Source: Naegleria gruberi
Lineage: Eukaryota
DNA: 64,000 nucleotides
Direction: 5' to 3' (one strand)
Assembly (NCBI GenBank): GCA_000004985.1
Contig: GG738903.1
Shown: positions 33,860 through 44,905 of the stretch, in pieces
Position numbering within the stretch: the first letter of the stretch is position 1
Layout of the letters: each line of letters begins with the position of its first letter
Position numbers and translations under genes: made by a program
Notes under the pieces: model-generated
Told to the model about the DNA's origin: nothing
Databases searched by the model: none
The model's input: only the letters and a program-made list of their open reading frames with translations

Positions 33860-34918
33860 TTAATTATAATTGATATCACACAATGTAAATTCTGTTTCTT
33901 CTTTGAATCCACTTCGTACATACACTCCATTTGAGGTTGGATTTGATGAATCGGCAGTCAGAAACATCCACTTGAATAATTGATTTCCACCTTCTTCCTT
34001 TCTTTCGAATAATTGCATTGACATGGATTGAATGAGAAATGAGGCAATACCTCTTCCTCTATATTCTTCCTCTGTGAATACATGAGTAATTCTACATGCA
34101 CTTGGAATTGGAGTGGCCAAAGCAATGGCAATAGGATTCGAATTTCCTTTCATGGTAACATAGAAGGTATTTCCTTTCTGGGATGGTCTAAGCAACATAT
34201 TTTCGAGAATAAATTGTTCTGATGGCACTATTGCTGGAAAACAAATCTTACAAAATCTGTGAATCATATTGGCACAGTGTTTGGTTAGATTTTCATTGGT
34301 TGTGTCCAAAAATTTGAGTTCGTAATTTGTTTCCTTAGGTGGAAGTGTTAAATGATCTCTAATGAGTGAGTAGGACATCATCTTTACCTGAATTTTGTAA
34401 GAAGGAGAAGGATTCATACCAGGATCAAAATTTGAAACGTATTCCTCACATAGAAATAAACTTTCCTCAGTTGACCAGAATCCAGTCAACTTTCTGTCAA
34501 ACTTTTTAACGATTTCTTCAAATTGATCAAAGGATAATACATCACTATTGTTGGAAATTCTCAAATTCCGATAATCAACTGAACAAAACATTTTTAAAAC
34601 TCCTCTTGCAACTATTTTTCTAGTTTCCAATAATTGTTTCTCATCTGGAAAACTAAACACCATCAATTGTGGTGGAAACCAAGTCACGACTCTTTCAATT
34701 TCTCCCTTCTGATGTACAACCATAAGGAATCTCCTATCTATTGTAAATCTTTCCGGATTGTCAACCATGGATTTCATCAAACCAATTTGATAATTATTAC
34801 TTGCAGAATTTTCAAGAAGAAACGCAAGACAATCATTATAGAATTTCAAGGTATCTGTGTAGAATGTGATGGTGTGAGAGTTTTCATCAATGGAAGGTAA
34901 GGAATAAGTTATTGACAT
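33860..34918 (-). CDS. GNAT-family N-acetyltransferase domain protein
   Basis: C-terminal region ...RITHVFTEEEYRGRGIASFLIQSMSMQLFE... contains GNAT motif A (R/Q-x-x-G-x-G/A). Confidence 0.5.
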   Translation of the reverse strand: MSITYSLPSIDENSHTITFYTDTLKFYNDCLAFLLENSASNNYQIGLMKSMVDNPERFTIDRRFLMVVHQKGEIERVVTWFPPQLMVFSFPDEKQLLETRKIVARGVLKMFCSVDYRNLRISNNSDVLSFDQFEEIVKKFDRKLTGFWSTEESLFLCEEYVSNFDPGMNPSPSYKIQVKMMSYSLIRDHLTLPPKETNYELKFLDTTNENLTKHCANMIHRFCKICFPAIVPSEQFILENMLLRPSQKGNTFYVTMKGNSNPIAIALATPIPSACRITHVFTEEEYRGRGIASFLIQSMSMQLFERKEEGGNQLFKWMFLTADSSNPTSNGVYVRSGFKEETEFTLCDINYN

Positions 34919-35376
34919 TTTTTTTTAAAGAGTTTTCACAAAGATTACAATAAAAAAAGGCAATTACCATCAACTTGTGTAACAATTATAGAAAATCCGT
35001 ACTATTTGTTGAAATCTTATTGAATAGCAGTATTAGTAATTAAATTATTCCAATTTTTTTGTAATTTAGAACTTCCCAATTTTGCTCCAAGCTCGATTTT
35101 CTTGAAAAACCACCACCACGTGTAAACCTCCTTTTGATACTTGTCCAATTCCTGTTTGTTATTGTATAAATGGTATTCCTTAATTCTGGATTAATATGAT
35201 AAGGTGTTCTTTGTGTGAAATAATTTTTCAATGGATGATTGACTTAACCAGAAAAAAGACAAAACAAATCCTCAGGAATAGGAATTGAGCCATATTTATT
35301 ACAAAAGTTTACAATAGTGTTCAAAATAATTCTAAAGTTGTTTAGATTTTTCAAAAAAATAGATCAAAAAAAAACA

Positions 35377-36168
35377 ATGGAATACATTGGGGCCAATCTC
35401 ATTCTCTCCTATTCATCTGCAGAAAAGAATGCAATCATCACACACGATAAAAGATCAACTACTGCCATCATTAATCAAGATGATGAATTTATTCCATTTC
35501 TCTATCTAGGAGGAAAGACAGCTGCAGAAATTGATCATCAAGCACTTTATGAAGCATTCTCAATTACTCATCTATTGAATGTGAGTGAAACTCCTAATAA
35601 TAATACTTGTTGTAATATTAAATCAAACTCCGATGATGAGAATGAAAATAATTTAATAATTGATGATGAAAATGAAAATAATGAAAAGGAGACAAATTCA
35701 CCCATTCAAAGTCTTCATCTTCCGTTCCTTGATGCTCCGAATGGTAAATTGGAACACATTCTGCCACAAGCTTTCGAATTTATTGAGAAATGTTTCGAAC
35801 AGAAAGGTTGTTTATTGGTGCATTGTAGAGCTGGAGTTTCTCGTTCAGCAAGTGTGGTGGCTGCCTTTATAATGTATCGATTTGGATTCAATCTAAAAAG
35901 AGTTCTATCTCTAATGAAAGAGAGGAGACCTTCGGTGGATCCAAACTTTGGTTTCATTTACAAATTGAAAGAGTTGGAGAAGCAGTATTGTGATGAGAAG
36001 GATTTAGTGGATAGTATTAATGTGGAGGAGGTGTGGAGCAAGTATTGGTATGATTATGAGATGGTGAAGGAGTGGACACAAAGTGAAATTGCTGAACTGT
36101 TTAGTATGGATGGAGATTTTGATGAGAATGTGGAAACACTAATTTCATTAAGGAATAGATCAAAATAA
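35377..36168 (+). CDS. Dual-specificity protein phosphatase
   Basis: Catalytic HCxxGxxRS loop: LVHCRAGVSRSASVVAAFIMY; upstream acidic low-complexity insert. Confidence 0.7.
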   Translation: MEYIGANLILSYSSAEKNAIITHDKRSTTAIINQDDEFIPFLYLGGKTAAEIDHQALYEAFSITHLLNVSETPNNNTCCNIKSNSDDENENNLIIDDENENNEKETNSPIQSLHLPFLDAPNGKLEHILPQAFEFIEKCFEQKGCLLVHCRAGVSRSASVVAAFIMYRFGFNLKRVLSLMKERRPSVDPNFGFIYKLKELEKQYCDEKDLVDSINVEEVWSKYWYDYEMVKEWTQSEIAELFSMDGDFDENVETLISLRNRSK

Positions 36169-36226
36169 ATAAATACCAGAAAATCCTTAAGAAAATATTT
36201 AAGATCATTAAGGAAAGACTCAACAA

Positions 36227-36299
36227 GCCCGTCTAGCTCAGTCGGTAGAGCGCAAGGCTCTTAACCTTGTGGTCGTGGGTTCGACCCCCACGGTGGGCG
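36227..36299 (+). tRNA. tRNA-Lys (anticodon CUU), second identical copy
   Basis: gcccgtctagctcagtcggtagagcgcaaggctCTTaaccttgtggtcgtgggttcgacccccacggtgggcg. Confidence 0.9.
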
Positions 36300-36386
36300 A
36301 TTCAGTTTTATATTTCTAGTTATTTGTATCTAGATATTCCTTTTACCTTAAACCAATGTTGAACAGAGTTTAATTATTTACATATT

Positions 36387-37058
36387 TTAAAAGAAACCCC
36401 ATGCTTTGAATTGTCTTGAAATTCTTTTGCATGCTTCCATAACTTGTGGTTTCAAATCTTTGGAAAGATCTTTTGGATTATCCAAGAATGCAAATGGAAC
36501 AGCATTTGTAACTTTATCCACAAATTGCTTCTCTGACATTGACTCTGTGAAATGTGTTAAAACAATCATTGGATTGAAAGGAAGCCCCTTTACATCTGTT
36601 TCTTTAACAGCATTTTGGAATTTGACAAATTTTTGTAAAGAAACAGAATTCCATTCACAAGCTCTACAAACAAAAATAACTGCGTCAATTCTATTATCGA
36701 GGTCAATCTTGTTTGTCAAGTAATTTTCCACTAAATTAGTTCCGGTCTTGATTCCTTGCAAGATTAATTTTAAGGTATTCAAGTCGTCTGGATTTTCGAA
36801 TGGTTTACCAGCAGAATCAAACAACAACAAGTTGGCAGACGAAACTGGAACACTTTCGTAAAGTAAGGTACCAACTTCTGCCTTTCTTCCAACATCACAT
36901 GTTTCAACCATGATATTTGGATTGAAAAATTTGAGGAGAGTGTTGATGAAGGATGATTTACCTGAATGTGGATCACCAACCACAAGAATTTTGAGAGGAA
37001 GGTTTGGGAGAGTTGTTAAAGACATTTTTTGTTGAACCAAATTGAAACGTGATGTCAC
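36387..37058 (-). CDS. IRG/IIGP-like (p47 immunity-related-GTPase-like) P-loop GTPase, G-domain only (223 aa)
   Basis: P-loop VVGDPHSGKSSFINTLLKF closely resembles IIGP1 GETGSGKSSFINTLRG (from memory); DxxG LLFDSAGKPF; tandem paralog of next gene. Confidence 0.5.
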   Translation of the reverse strand: MTSRFNLVQQKMSLTTLPNLPLKILVVGDPHSGKSSFINTLLKFFNPNIMVETCDVGRKAEVGTLLYESVPVSSANLLLFDSAGKPFENPDDLNTLKLILQGIKTGTNLVENYLTNKIDLDNRIDAVIFVCRACEWNSVSLQKFVKFQNAVKETDVKGLPFNPMIVLTHFTESMSEKQFVDKVTNAVPFAFLDNPKDLSKDLKPQVMEACKRISRQFKAWGFF

Positions 37059-37211
37059 GTTAAGAATATCTACTCACTGGTATTTATTTTCACGTTTCGA
37101 AAACTTTTTCGATGTGTATTTCATTACATTTTTAAGGAAAGATGCATTAGTTTCAAAGAAAGTTGGGTCAATACTTTTGCTAAAGACATATTTATTCATT
37201 TAATAACTAAT

Positions 37212-37962
37212 CTATCTACGCTTTGTAAGAACCTCTGCACTGACAACAAGGAACACAAATCCAACTACATTTTCTTTAACAATTTCTGAATTCATCCATT
37301 CAGAAAGTGACAAGTTTACACCTGTTGGCAATCCATGAATTAACTTTTGAATTTGATTCACATCATTTCCATCCATTCCCTTTTCGAATGGTTTACCAGC
37401 AGTATCAAAGATGTGATATTCATGACCATTAGAGGAACCGAGATGAACTTTTTCATAGTGAACTGTGCCAACATCTGCCTTTCGTCCAACATCACAACTT
37501 GCAACTTGGATTCGTCTATTGAAATATTTACACAATGTGTTGATTGTTGAGGATTTTCCAGAGTGTTGAGGTCCAAGCACAAGAATGTTGGTAGACTTTT
37601 TGTTAGGATTATATTTCATGTTTTCAACCTCAATTTTTTGTAACATCAAGTCAATGATTTTGTTCTTTTCTGATGGAATGTCAGTTTCCAAGTTGATATG
37701 ATTTTCAAAAAAGAAAATTCTATTTTCATGGATAAGGTTAGACAGAGATTCCTTTAATTCAATTCTTGTTGAGCTGGGGATTTTTTCATGGTTTGTAATA
37801 ATGACCAAAGGTTTTTGTTCTGATAAAGTTGAAATACGAATGTGGAAGAAACTTACTGAGTGATGATTTTTTTTCGAGCCATTGGTAAAGATTTCCAATA
37901 TTAATAACAGCGTCTGTGTCTATGACAATAGATGGACCAAAGAAAAATTCGAACAAACCCAT
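37212..37962 (-). CDS. IRG/IIGP-like P-loop GTPase, tandem paralog; probable 40-nt intron near 5' end (start MGLFEFFFGPS... at 37962)
   Basis: P-loop LVLGPQHSGKSSTINTLCKYF, DxxG IFDTAGKPFEK; ~45-50% identity by eye to 36387..37058 product. Confidence 0.5.
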
Positions 37963-38460
37963 TTTTTTTAAGTTATTCGAATCTTGGTGGAAACGAGTGA
38001 GGTAGAAAAAGTATTGTGATTCTAACTACAAACTGCAAACGTGATGATTTCTATGCAACCTCTCACGTTTCCATTCTATTCGAATCTAATGAAAGAACAA
38101 GAAACGTGAAATCATCACGTTTGCTATTAGAATCACAAATCTCGTTTACAATAAAAACTCAAAAAAAAACGCATGCAGATCTTTCAGACCTTTCTTCAGA
38201 ATTTTCGTGGTTTGTGGAGTAGAAACACAATTCAAAAGACTCAATGCAAACCCTCTTTGGAAATTTTAGAGGACTGCTTTAAGAAAAACCGTAGGTTTCT
38301 TTCATTTTAGATTCAGATACAGTTTCGAATAGAAGAAAAAGTTGTTTTTGTTTCATTTGGAAAGAAAGAAGCCATATTCAGCAATATTCCAGAAAATTAC
38401 TTTCTTTTCGTTCAGAAAGAAACGGATTTCGATCTTATTCATCAAACCATTCACAAGATT

Positions 38461-39102
38461 GTGAAACATCGAAATGACCAAACTATTTCGATTAGAATTT
38501 TAGGTCAACCAACTCATTTGAAAGAGGAAATTCAACAATTGTTCTTGTCATTGTTTAATGTTGTGGAAGATGGTGATAATTCGAGTGACGTTGTCGTGTA
38601 TTTTGTTGAAAACATTGAAACTGTATACGAAACTGTTTCGGATAGTCCAGAAAGAGTTTCTAATGCTTCTGACAATGATCCACAAGAATTATCTCATAAC
38701 TTATTTGATAGGGTCACCAACGAACTAAACTCTGACATTTCCATAACTGGAAATTACAACGAGCACGCAGAACTTTTAAGAAATTGCCTCTCTCGTTTAA
38801 TCAACCCAATTTCAAAGGAGAAGAAACTATTCTTATTTAGTTGGAAGAAAGGTCCTCAATCAACTGTTTTCTTTAGAGATGATGGTTATTTTAGAGAACA
38901 CAAAGATGATCCATTATCGAGGGAGAATTATTGTGTTTTGTTTCTTCCAATGGATAAAGAAAGTTATTGGAGTTTGAAGAGTGAATATTTGAAATTTGTT
39001 CAATCGACTCATCCAAATGTTTCATTCTTTTATGTTGATAGCATTGGGTCTTTTGATGAGCGTCATTTGTCAATTGATTTTATTAAGTGGCTTTCAGGAT
39101 AA
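38461..39102 (+). CDS. Hypothetical protein; 5' end undetermined (no in-frame ATG near ORF start)
   Basis: 213 aa ORF with no recognisable motifs. Confidence 0.3.
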   Translation: MKHRNDQTISIRILGQPTHLKEEIQQLFLSLFNVVEDGDNSSDVVVYFVENIETVYETVSDSPERVSNASDNDPQELSHNLFDRVTNELNSDISITGNYNEHAELLRNCLSRLINPISKEKKLFLFSWKKGPQSTVFFRDDGYFREHKDDPLSRENYCVLFLPMDKESYWSLKSEYLKFVQSTHPNVSFFYVDSIGSFDERHLSIDFIKWLSG

Positions 39103-39642
39103 TCATCTATAAATGGAAATAATTAATACATTCTCCTTTACTAGTCATTCATCATTGTGTTGTTACTTCTAAATATTACTTTGACAGTATTTGGTGAGGA
39201 AATGGATCATTGTGTAGTTACTTCTATTATGTGAGGAAGAAAGTAGGAGAAATTAGTGGATAACACATGAAAGTGAAACCAGAGTTGACACACCATAACG
39301 TATAGTTACCATTAATGTTGTTAATTAGTGAGTACTTTATTGAAATTAATTCATTTTTACAGCTTAGAACATCTCATAAAAGAAGAACTATTTAAAAGAA
39401 AGTTCTGAGCACTACATTGCTTGCTCTCGAAAGATCACTTTCACTTGGATCATTGTTTGATTGACCAAATGTAAGGTTGCCTTCCAATAAACATTTAAAA
39501 CGATCAACTTGCAAATTATCTGAATTGAAATCCCAACCAAAAGGGTCAAATAATGAAATCTTGTCTGTAAGTGGATAATTATTAACTCTATTCGATTGAA
39601 TAGTTTATAATAAGTGAAACAACTTCTAGAAGCTATTAAGAA

Positions 39643-41517
39643 TTATTTTACTTTTTTAATGAGTTTTAACAGATTTTCAATCTCTGACTCATTTTCAATA
39701 GCATCAATTGAACAATTATAATCATAATATAACCACACAACACCTCTCTCTCTAATAGATATATCCGATTGATAGAGATTTACACCTGAAGGAAACGAAT
39801 CATCTGGTGAGTCCTTTTTCCAATAGGTCTTATTGAGAGTTGCCAAAACCATGATAACAGATGCTCCTCCATAATTTTTGTTCTCATCTGAGAGTGTTAC
39901 CTTGAAATCAGACCATGTTGGTGGTCCATTATGATAAATGAATCGAAGGACGACATCTGGCTTTTGAATTTCTTGCAATGATTGAATATTGAGATTGAGG
40001 AATTGTTGATTGGCCTTTTCTTTGAGTTTCTTCTTGAAATTGCCAGAGATTCCTTCCTTTCTATCTGAAATTGCAACTTGAAAGGTTCTTTCTCTGATTA
40101 TCTCAATAGTATATTTTTGGGAGGTTGAAGGAGTTCTTGAATTCATTATTGATAGGACTGATTGACCAATGGTGGATGGTGTCGTGAAGGAAACCTTAAT
40201 GACTGATCGTTCAGGGATGAATTCCACCATGCATTCCATAGAGCTACTGGCAAAATGTTGTAGAACTGCTCTGACAGATGTCAAGTCAAGGAATTCAACA
40301 TTCTCATCATAAATGTCGCATATTTTAAATTCCAAATAGGTAAGAGTCTTCTCACGTAAAACCCATTTAGAATCTTGAATTTGCACATTCTCTGAGTTAA
40401 TAAGGGCCATCTTGGACCAGTTGACATCCTGACAATCAGCAGTAAATTCAACAGTTTTTTGTTGATCTCCAAACTTGAGCTGAAGCACTGCTTCCCCCAC
40501 AAACTGACATTTAAAGTCAATAACAAGATTATTATCCATAACTGAGACCTTACAATTCCATTCAGAATTTCCACATCTCACAATTGCCTTAATATCCTCC
40601 GCCTTAAACTGCTTGACTTGATGTGAATTGTTAATATTAACACAGGGGATGATAACTGAGCAGTCTTTTCCAGCTATACATCTCTTATTCCAGTTTGATT
40701 TGGAAATACTATTAGCTAAAGATAGTTCTCTATGGTTAAATGTCTTGACTTCCTTTAATAGAATGGTTCCCATGTATTCTAAAGAAAATTCGTATAATCC
40801 TTCGTTTTTGATACAGAAAGATCTGTTCCATTGCTTCCTTCTTTGTAAGCTTGATTGCAATACCAAATTAGATTTCTTTTCAAATGTTTCATTATGCATA
40901 TCAACACCACGAACTCGAATAATTAAATCACTTTCCTTCACGTTCAAATCTGTTTCGACAATAAAATTCACTGGATCATTGGTGTAAATTATTTGAGAAT
41001 GAGGTTCTATTCTTTTTACATGAACCTCTCCGATTCCAATTGATCTGGGAGGATCTTGAATTTTCTTTAATTCCAATTCAGATTTAGTTTGAATAATTGG
41101 CAATGTTTGAGTTGTTTGATTTTGAATCAGTGATGGCTTTTCAGAGTTCATTAATCCACTCTCTACAATTTTAATCATTTCACTTTTCATTGATTTTGAA
41201 ACTTGGTCAACAATATTATTCAACTGTTCCAATTGACTCATCGAAGTTGCATTCCACCAAAACGGTTTCATCTCAAACAATCGACTCAAATACATCAAAG
41301 CAGCTCCTTCCCTAGAAAGCTTAATCTGTTTAAATTCCAATCTGATTTGATCGACATTTGATCTTGAAAAAGAGACAGCCCATGGATAATTAGTGTCACC
41401 ATATTTGAATTGAAGTTCTAGAGCTTCTAATAAATCATCCTTTATGTTATTCATATGGACGAATTGGACTGCCAATTCATAGTTGAATGGAGTTGCAAAC
41501 TTGAATGATTGCAACAT
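39643..41517 (-). CDS. Hypothetical protein (624 aa)
   Basis: Long ORF, starts with ATG, no recognisable motifs. Confidence 0.45.
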   Translation of the reverse strand: MLQSFKFATPFNYELAVQFVHMNNIKDDLLEALELQFKYGDTNYPWAVSFSRSNVDQIRLEFKQIKLSREGAALMYLSRLFEMKPFWWNATSMSQLEQLNNIVDQVSKSMKSEMIKIVESGLMNSEKPSLIQNQTTQTLPIIQTKSELELKKIQDPPRSIGIGEVHVKRIEPHSQIIYTNDPVNFIVETDLNVKESDLIIRVRGVDMHNETFEKKSNLVLQSSLQRRKQWNRSFCIKNEGLYEFSLEYMGTILLKEVKTFNHRELSLANSISKSNWNKRCIAGKDCSVIIPCVNINNSHQVKQFKAEDIKAIVRCGNSEWNCKVSVMDNNLVIDFKCQFVGEAVLQLKFGDQQKTVEFTADCQDVNWSKMALINSENVQIQDSKWVLREKTLTYLEFKICDIYDENVEFLDLTSVRAVLQHFASSSMECMVEFIPERSVIKVSFTTPSTIGQSVLSIMNSRTPSTSQKYTIEIIRERTFQVAISDRKEGISGNFKKKLKEKANQQFLNLNIQSLQEIQKPDVVLRFIYHNGPPTWSDFKVTLSDENKNYGGASVIMVLATLNKTYWKKDSPDDSFPSGVNLYQSDISIRERGVVWLYYDYNCSIDAIENESEIENLLKLIKKVK

Positions 41518-41718
41518 TTTTTTTCTTTTAAAACGTGATTTGTTGAATGGGCTTTTTGAGTCTTGGAATTATTATTAGAAAGCACGTTTCGTCCACTTTA
41601 CTCCAACACGTTTCGTTTCATCACGTTTCGAATGGCCTTAAAAGTTGGTTGTGTTTATCACGTATTAGAGAAATATATAACAAGAAAAAACAAACAACCA
41701 AATCATCAAACAATAAGA

Positions 41719-42271
41719 ATGTCATCCCCAACCCACTATGCTTGCCTTGAATCCAATAACAATTCAAAGTTCAGATTTGCCTATCATGAAACATTCTCAT
41801 CCCAACAATCTGGAAAAGTATTCTTGATTGATTTTGAAAATTCTGTCAAGTATATGAATGATAATTGTCCTCTTGATGTCATCAATACAAAGGTTTTTAC
41901 TCAATTGGTCAGTGGACTTGTTTCAGTCAAGATTTCAGACGAAACTAAAGGAGTCATTGAACTCACCATTGGAACCAAATGTTTGAAATTGGAAAAGACT
42001 GAAATTACAAGTCAAGATTTCCTTCAAGAACAGGTTTACTTGTTGGAGAAGAAGTTTGAAAGAATGCTCAAAGGTAAGTTGTCGGCAATTCGAATAATTT
42101 TGTTGATAACAACAATTTAAAAGAAAATGATAACAAGATTAAAAGCTTGAATGAAGAAATTCACTGCTTAAGAGCAATGAATGAAGAATTGGCTCGAGTT
42201 GTGAGAACCAAGAACGAAGAACAACCTGTTCAACCAGTTGCTGAAGAAGTTCCACCAGTTGTTGTCGAATA
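41719..42271 (+). CDS. Hypothetical coiled-coil protein, 2 exons (intron approx 42077..42123)
   Basis: MSSPTHYACLE...ERMLKG | KENDNKIKSLNEEIHCLRAMNEELARVV...; GTAAGT donor. Confidence 0.4.
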
Positions 42272-42319
42272 ATTGAAAACTAATGTGTTGTACTTCAATA
42301 CTTTACACTGTAAATAAAT

Positions 42320-43860
42320 TTATTCAAATGTACAAATTGCAACATCACAAAGTGACCTTGATCTCTCGCTCAAAATTGGTGCTGACATTTTCACAACCTC
42401 CAAATAACTCATTGCAATTGGATGTTCATAATTGGTAATGTTAATAATCTTTTTGAATATTTGTCGAGCAGCTTTGTAATCCTTAACAGCAATTGCAACT
42501 CTACCAACACCAATCATGGATCTAATTTCAAGAGAATTCATTTGTAAACCACATTCAAAATTATCAATTGCTTTTTGGTAATGTCTGATATGTCTCAAAC
42601 CTTCTCCTTTAAAATAGAGAACCTCTCTCTTCATTCTACTGTCTTCTATCAGATCATCTGCTCTGTCGAAGAATAATTCTGCCAATGACTTGTGAGTGTG
42701 CACTCTGTTCACGCTATTCATCAAGTTGATTGTCTTTCTGGTGCAGAAATTATTCTTATTAATGTCAGTGGCCACATCATTTGGATTCAGTTCGTGATGA
42801 TCAGAAGAGCAAGTGCATTTCTCATGACAGGTTGAGTATAATCTGGATAACATTGCCTCACAGACAACACCAATTCCAGAATAGGCAATACAGTAAGAGG
42901 TCCTACTATCATAGGCCAATGTTGGATTATTCCTCACTTGTGTATATTCCTTGTTTTGAAGCAATTCAATGAGATCTGAAATTCTGGCTGGATCCAATCG
43001 TGTTGGGTTAATTCTGAAAATTTCCTTTCCCATCAATGCATAAGTTACTTGGATAATGAGTAAGAAACAATCCAGAGCTTCTGAGAATCTATTCAAACAC
43101 AACAATGTCAATCCCTTATTCAAAATGGTCAAACAAGCTCCACTATATCTCAACAGGTAGAATCTATCGTAAACACCTCTCTTGTATCTTTCCTCAACAG
43201 GTGAAACATTGCCAAAATTTGGAGCAAGATATTGAACACTTCCATTCTTTTCATCAGCTGGAAGAGTCAAAATATTTTCACATTGTCTTGCCAATTGATG
43301 GTCATTGCTCATCTGATTAAAGATGTGATCGTCTGGATGAATGGTGCTCACTGTGAAATTATCAATTGCCAATGCAATTGCCTTATTGTATGTTTCCAAA
43401 CTGGAATTGAAATCTTCCTGTAAAAAATAGCAATTTCCCAAAGCATTGTAAACTACATCAAATGATCTGTTAGTCATTGCAATACATTTCTGAAATGTTT
43501 CCATTGCCTTTTTGAATTCTCCTCTTTCATTGAATGCATTTCCTTTTATAACGTAGGCCCATCTATGTTTTGGATCTAATTGTAAAACCTTCTCTTCAAC
43601 TTTGATTGCCTCTGAAAAGTTGGCGCTCACATAATGAGTCACTCCTTTATGGTAAAGAGCTGTTTGATTTCCAATAAATTATACGAAACAATGTTAATGT
43701 TAATAATAGAATGAATGAAACAAACCTTCAATGTGATTAGGTGAAATGTCTAAAATTTTATCAAAGTAATCAGCAGCTTCCTTAAACTTTCCCTTCGCAT
43801 ACAAATTCGAAAATCCCCTTTCGAATAATAAGGCTATAGGCATATTATCTGTACTGGCCA
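42320..43860 (-). CDS. TPR-repeat protein (2+ exons; first exon approx 43723..43860)
   Basis: Multiple 34-aa TPR-like units (WAYVIKGNAFNERGEFKKAMETFQKCIAM, YNALGNCYFLQEDFNSSLETYNKAIAL); N-terminal exon MASTDNMPIALLFERGFSNLYAKGKFKEAADYFDKILDISPNHIE. Confidence 0.6.
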
Positions 43861-44690
43861 TGTTATATATTAGTTAGTTAATAAGAAGTTATTGTTATGT
43901 AATAGTTTACAATAATGGTGTAGTGGTGTGTTGGAGTGAATATTAATTAGTTTAATATTCAATAGATATATAGTACAGAGTAAATATGATACAAGTATGT
44001 GTGTGTTCCCGAAACAATAAAAAGATAGAATGAAAAAACCAATATCGAACACTTCTGATGTTGTTGTTTAGTTTTTTTCTCTTATTGTTTGCTAATGTTT
44101 TAAACAACAGTTAAAAGTTTAAATCCGAGAGATGATGGATTTCAATGGGATTTGGATGGATAACTCTCTAAACCAAGATCTGAGGTAATGGGTTGAATGA
44201 TGGATATTGTATTGATGGAGGATGGTTTAATAATGGGTTGGCTGATAGTGTTGCTAGTGCTGATGATGATGATGTACTGTTTTTGTTGTTGGATTTGGTT
44301 GAAACTGTTCAGAAAGGTCCTGAGATGGCAGTTGTGTGTTGTATTATGATGAGATGTTGAGTTATTGTTTTGTGTTGTTATGCTTGATTTTGTGATGATG
44401 GCAATTGGCATTGGAGAGATACTGAATGTTGATCAATTCCAGTTCATACACAAGAGCATAACAATTGTTGTCATGTTGTTGTTGTGGAAAGGAACGTGTG
44501 TTAGGAGGTTTCGGTAAATTGTTGAAGATTGTTATTGTGGAAAGTCTACTATTTAGAAACAAACATTTCTTGTTAAAACTGAGACAGTTGTAATCATCTC
44601 CTTCCATATGAATGGCAATCTCGCGTTTTTTAAAAAGTGGATGCACCCAACAAATATGGTAAGGAAATTCGTAAGAAAGAAAAAAAGTAG

Positions 44691-44763
44691 TGGAGATGCG
44701 GGGTATCGATCCCCGTACCTCTTCCATGCTAAAGAAGCGCTCTACCATGTGAGCTACATCCCC
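44691..44763 (-). tRNA. tRNA-Ala (anticodon AGC)
   Basis: Reverse complement ggggatgtagctcacatggtagagcgcttctttAGCatggaagaggtacggggatcgataccccgcatctccac; G3:U70 pair present. Confidence 0.85.
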
Positions 44764-44905
44764 TTACATATGTGTTATTGGAAGTATATCTAGGCAGATA
44801 AAAGAGCGAGTACCAAGCCTTCAGTACTTGTGCTGGTACAATGATAGAAGGTTTTGGCAGAGTTAGAATTGAGAATAGATTGATTTACCTAATCCTTAAT
44901 TACTG

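Noticed and set aside
44142-44411. Minus-strand S/T/N/Q-rich ORF (89 aa) considered as an exon
   Set aside because: Purely low-complexity; no start context or splice signals linking it to a gene
44362-44748. 128-aa minus-strand ORF overlapping the tRNA-Ala gene
   Set aside because: The tRNA assignment is strong; the ORF is low-complexity and runs through the tRNA
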